Assembly: GCA_964386045.1 (NCBI GenBank)
Contig: CAYLRA010000011.1
Span: 7,311-71,310 of the forward strand
Length of the DNA: 64,000 bases
Direction: 5' to 3'
Source: an uncultured Verrucomicrobiaceae bacterium
GTDB taxonomy: Bacteria > Pseudomonadota > Gammaproteobacteria > Pseudomonadales > CAMLJR01
The number at the start of each line of letters is the position of its first letter. The stretch's first letter is position 1. The notes below the pieces were generated by a model. That model saw only the letters and a list, made by a program, of their open reading frames with translations, was not told the DNA's origin and made no database searches. Positions 61,837 through 64,000 of this stretch are shown here, piece after piece. Made by a program: the position numbers and the translations under genes.

Positions 61837-62187
61837 ATGGGCAACAAAATCATCGCGGAGCTGGAAGCCGAGCAACTGAAGAGCGATCTGCCGGAGTTCA
61901 GCCCCGGGGATACCGTGATTGTTCAGGTCAAGGTGAAAGAGGGCGAGCGCGAGCGCGTACAGGCGTTCGAGGGTGTCGTCATCGGCAAGCGCAACCGCGG
62001 TCTGAATTCCGCCTTCACCGTGCGCAAGATTTCGCACGGTGTGGGCGTGGAGCGTACCTTCCAGACCCACAGCCCGCTGGTCGACAGCGTCAAGCTGGTG
62101 CGTCGCGGCGATGTGCGCCAGGCCAAGCTGTACTACCTGCGCGAACTGAGCGGCAAGGCAGCTCGCATCAAGGAGAAGCTCAACTAA
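61837..62187 (+). CDS. rplS: 50S ribosomal protein L19
   Basis: [29 protein letters not shown]... 116 aa. Confidence 0.97.
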   Translation: MGNKIIAELEAEQLKSDLPEFSPGDTVIVQVKVKEGERERVQAFEGVVIGKRNRGLNSAFTVRKISHGVGVERTFQTHSPLVDSVKLVRRGDVRQAKLYYLRELSGKAARIKEKLN

Positions 62188-62210
62188 GCTGTGGCTGGTT
62201 GGGGCAACTG

Positions 62211-62236
62211 AAAAGGCAGCTTCGGCTGCCTTTTTC
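62211..62236 (+). terminator. rho-independent terminator of the rpsP-rplS operon
   Basis: aaaaGGCAGCttcgGCTGCCttttt. Confidence 0.88.
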
Positions 62237-62266
62237 ATTTGTGGCTGGAGCATGGGTGGGCGCGTC

Positions 62267-63184
62267 ATGTCGAAATCACGCGTAGATGCGGCGGCACCGG
62301 TCGACGAAGCGGACGCCGCGCTCATCGACCGTTTCCTCGATGCGCAGTGGCTCGAAAAAGGGTTGAGCCAGAACACGCTGGACGCCTATCGGCGCGACCT
62401 GCTGTTGTTGGCGCGCGCCCTGGCCGGTCGGCAGCACACGCTGATCGAGGCTGACAAGGCGGCGATTGGCGAGCTGCTCGCCGCGCGCGCCAACAGCCGT
62501 TCGATGGCACGCCTGCTCTCCTGCCTGCGCGGTTTTTATGGCTGGTTGGTGCGCGAGGGGCGGCTTGCCGACGATCCGACGCTCGACATCCAGAGTCCGA
62601 AGCTCGGGCGCCCGCTGCCGGGCACGCTCAGCGAAGGGGACGTCGAGTTGCTGCTGGCGACACCCGATGTCGATGATGCGGTGGAACTGCGCGACCGTGC
62701 CATGCTCGAACTGCTCTACGCCACCGGACTGCGCGTCAGCGAGCTGGTCGGGCTGACGCTGGATCGTGTCAGCGTGAACCAGGGGGTGGTGCGGGTGCTC
62801 GGCAAGGGCAGCAAGGAGCGGCTGGTGCCGGTGGGCGAGGAGGCGCTGCACTGGCTGCAGCGGTACCTTTTGCGGTCGCGGCCGATGCTGCTGGAGTCGT
62901 CGCTGTCGCCGCAGCTGTTCGTCACCCGGCGCGGTGGTGGCATGACGCGGCAGGCGTTCTGGTATCGTTTGCGGCACTACGCGCAGCGCGCCGGAATTTC
63001 CGCGCCGCTGTCGCCGCACACGCTGCGTCACGCCTTTGCCACGCACCTGATCAATCATGGCGCCGACCTGCGCGTGGTGCAGATGCTGCTCGGCCACAGC
63101 GATCTCAGTACGACGCAGATCTACACCCACGTCGCACGTGCGCGACTGCAGGCGCTGCACAGGCAGCACCACCCGCGCGGATGA
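62267..63184 (+). CDS. xerD: site-specific tyrosine recombinase XerD
   Basis: IDRFLDAQWLEKGLSQNTLDAYRRDL is collinear with E. coli XerD. Catalytic HTLRHAFATHL...LLGHSDLSTTQIYTHV. ATG at 62252 is an alternative start. Confidence 0.93.
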   Translation: MSKSRVDAAAPVDEADAALIDRFLDAQWLEKGLSQNTLDAYRRDLLLLARALAGRQHTLIEADKAAIGELLAARANSRSMARLLSCLRGFYGWLVREGRLADDPTLDIQSPKLGRPLPGTLSEGDVELLLATPDVDDAVELRDRAMLELLYATGLRVSELVGLTLDRVSVNQGVVRVLGKGSKERLVPVGEEALHWLQRYLLRSRPMLLESSLSPQLFVTRRGGGMTRQAFWYRLRHYAQRAGISAPLSPHTLRHAFATHLINHGADLRVVQMLLGHSDLSTTQIYTHVARARLQALHRQHHPRG

Positions 63185-63225
63185 TCCGGTGGCGGCTGAA
63201 ACGATTTCCCGAACAGGAGTGATGT

Positions 63226-63999
63226 GTGAACAAGCGATTCAAACGAGGCAGCAGACATCTGCTGGCGGCACTGCTGGTGCTCGCGGCGTGGTCCTGCGGC
63301 GCTGCCGAGACCACGGCGGAAAAGACCATTCGCGCGGCGTTCAAGCAGGTCAACCCGAAGCTGGTGGTGGAGGTGGTCAGCCCGAGCGAGATGCCGGGGC
63401 TCTATGCCGTTGAATTCGAGGGCGGTGAGCTCGCCTACGCCACGCCCGATGGCAAGTTCTTCCTGCTCGGCAACCTGTTCGGCATCGACAGCGGCCTGGT
63501 CAACTATACGGAGCGTCGCCACACCGCGGCCGAGGGCAAGCGCGGGGTCAAGCGCAAGGAGGAGCTGGACAGGCTCGACGCGAAGTCGACCATCGCCTTC
63601 AAGCCGAAGGGCGAGACCAGGGCGGTGGTCCACGTCTTCACCGACATCGACTGCTTCTACTGCCAGAAATTCCACGCCGACATGAACGGTTACAACCAGC
63701 TCGGCATCGAGGTGCGCTACCTCGCCTATCCGCGCGCCGGCATTCCGTCCGACTCCTACAACAAGCTGGCCACCGCCTGGTGCTCCAAGGACCAGCAGAC
63801 GGCGATGACCGAGCTGAAGCGGCGCCGGCCGGTGCCGACGATGGTCTGCCGGGAGAACCCGGTCGCCGATCACTACGCGCTGGGCGAGCGTTTCGGTATC
63901 AACGGCACCCCGGCGCTGATCACGCCCGACGGTCGCCTGGTGCCTGGTTACCTGCCGCCGGCGGAGCTGGCCAGGGAGATCGGCGTCGCGCCGAAGTGA
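63226..63999 (+). CDS. dsbC: thiol:disulfide interchange protein DsbC
   Basis: Signal peptide, FTDIDCFYCQKFH CxxC active site. xerD-dsbC synteny. GTG start after CAGGAG. Confidence 0.9.
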   Translation: MNKRFKRGSRHLLAALLVLAAWSCGAAETTAEKTIRAAFKQVNPKLVVEVVSPSEMPGLYAVEFEGGELAYATPDGKFFLLGNLFGIDSGLVNYTERRHTAAEGKRGVKRKEELDRLDAKSTIAFKPKGETRAVVHVFTDIDCFYCQKFHADMNGYNQLGIEVRYLAYPRAGIPSDSYNKLATAWCSKDQQTAMTELKRRRPVPTMVCRENPVADHYALGERFGINGTPALITPDGRLVPGYLPPAELAREIGVAPK

Positions 64000-64000
64000 C

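Noticed and set aside
62252-63184. Tyrosine recombinase as a possible phage or island integrase.
   Set aside because: The sequence is collinear with housekeeping XerD and sits in the conserved rplS-xerD-dsbC context. No att sites or phage genes are adjacent.

Overview
GC-rich window with strong GC3 codon bias, so there are many long spurious antisense ORFs. Gene content and synteny look like a gammaproteobacterial chromosome. About two thirds is conserved housekeeping: a split rfb dTDP-rhamnose set, ung, ygfZ-sdhE-ygfX, nadB/rpoE-rseABC-lepA-lepB-rnc-era-recO, gacS(barA)/cysM-relA-mazG, adk-hemH, mobA/tsaB-uppP, an M18 aminopeptidase, trpS, queA-tgt, and yfjD-ypjD/ffh-rpsP-rimM-trmD-rplS-xerD-dsbC. 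Between trpS (ends 33930) and a tRNA-Leu(CAA) (51760-51846) lies an accessory-looking ~18 kb stretch made almost entirely of envelope uptake and redox modules. (1) A cobalamin riboswitch sits in front of a siderophore-type TonB-dependent receptor and a PepSY membrane protein. (2) A GntR-controlled cluster encodes a Tsx-like porin, two paralogous cysteine hydrolases flanking a divergent AzgA/NCS2-like permease, and a cupin. (3) A minus-strand operon is headed by a Fur box. It encodes an orphan ECF sigma factor, a TonB-dependent receptor, a PepSY-TM protein, a DUF2271 protein carrying a DGVSGAT flavinylation-type motif, a DUF4198 protein and a membrane-anchored flavodoxin/FNR reductase. No ApbE gene is in the window. 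Module 3 is my best candidate for a poorly described system: a trans-envelope electron-transfer and reductive metal-uptake chain. Modules 1 and 2 are secondary candidates. Also notable are two tandem-repeat arrays that each reiterate the 3-prime end of a gene (tsaB, recO), REP-like composite hairpins, and a lysine/alanine-rich histone-H1-like protein. All product calls come from reading the translations for motifs and from remembered family features and synteny. No database search was run.
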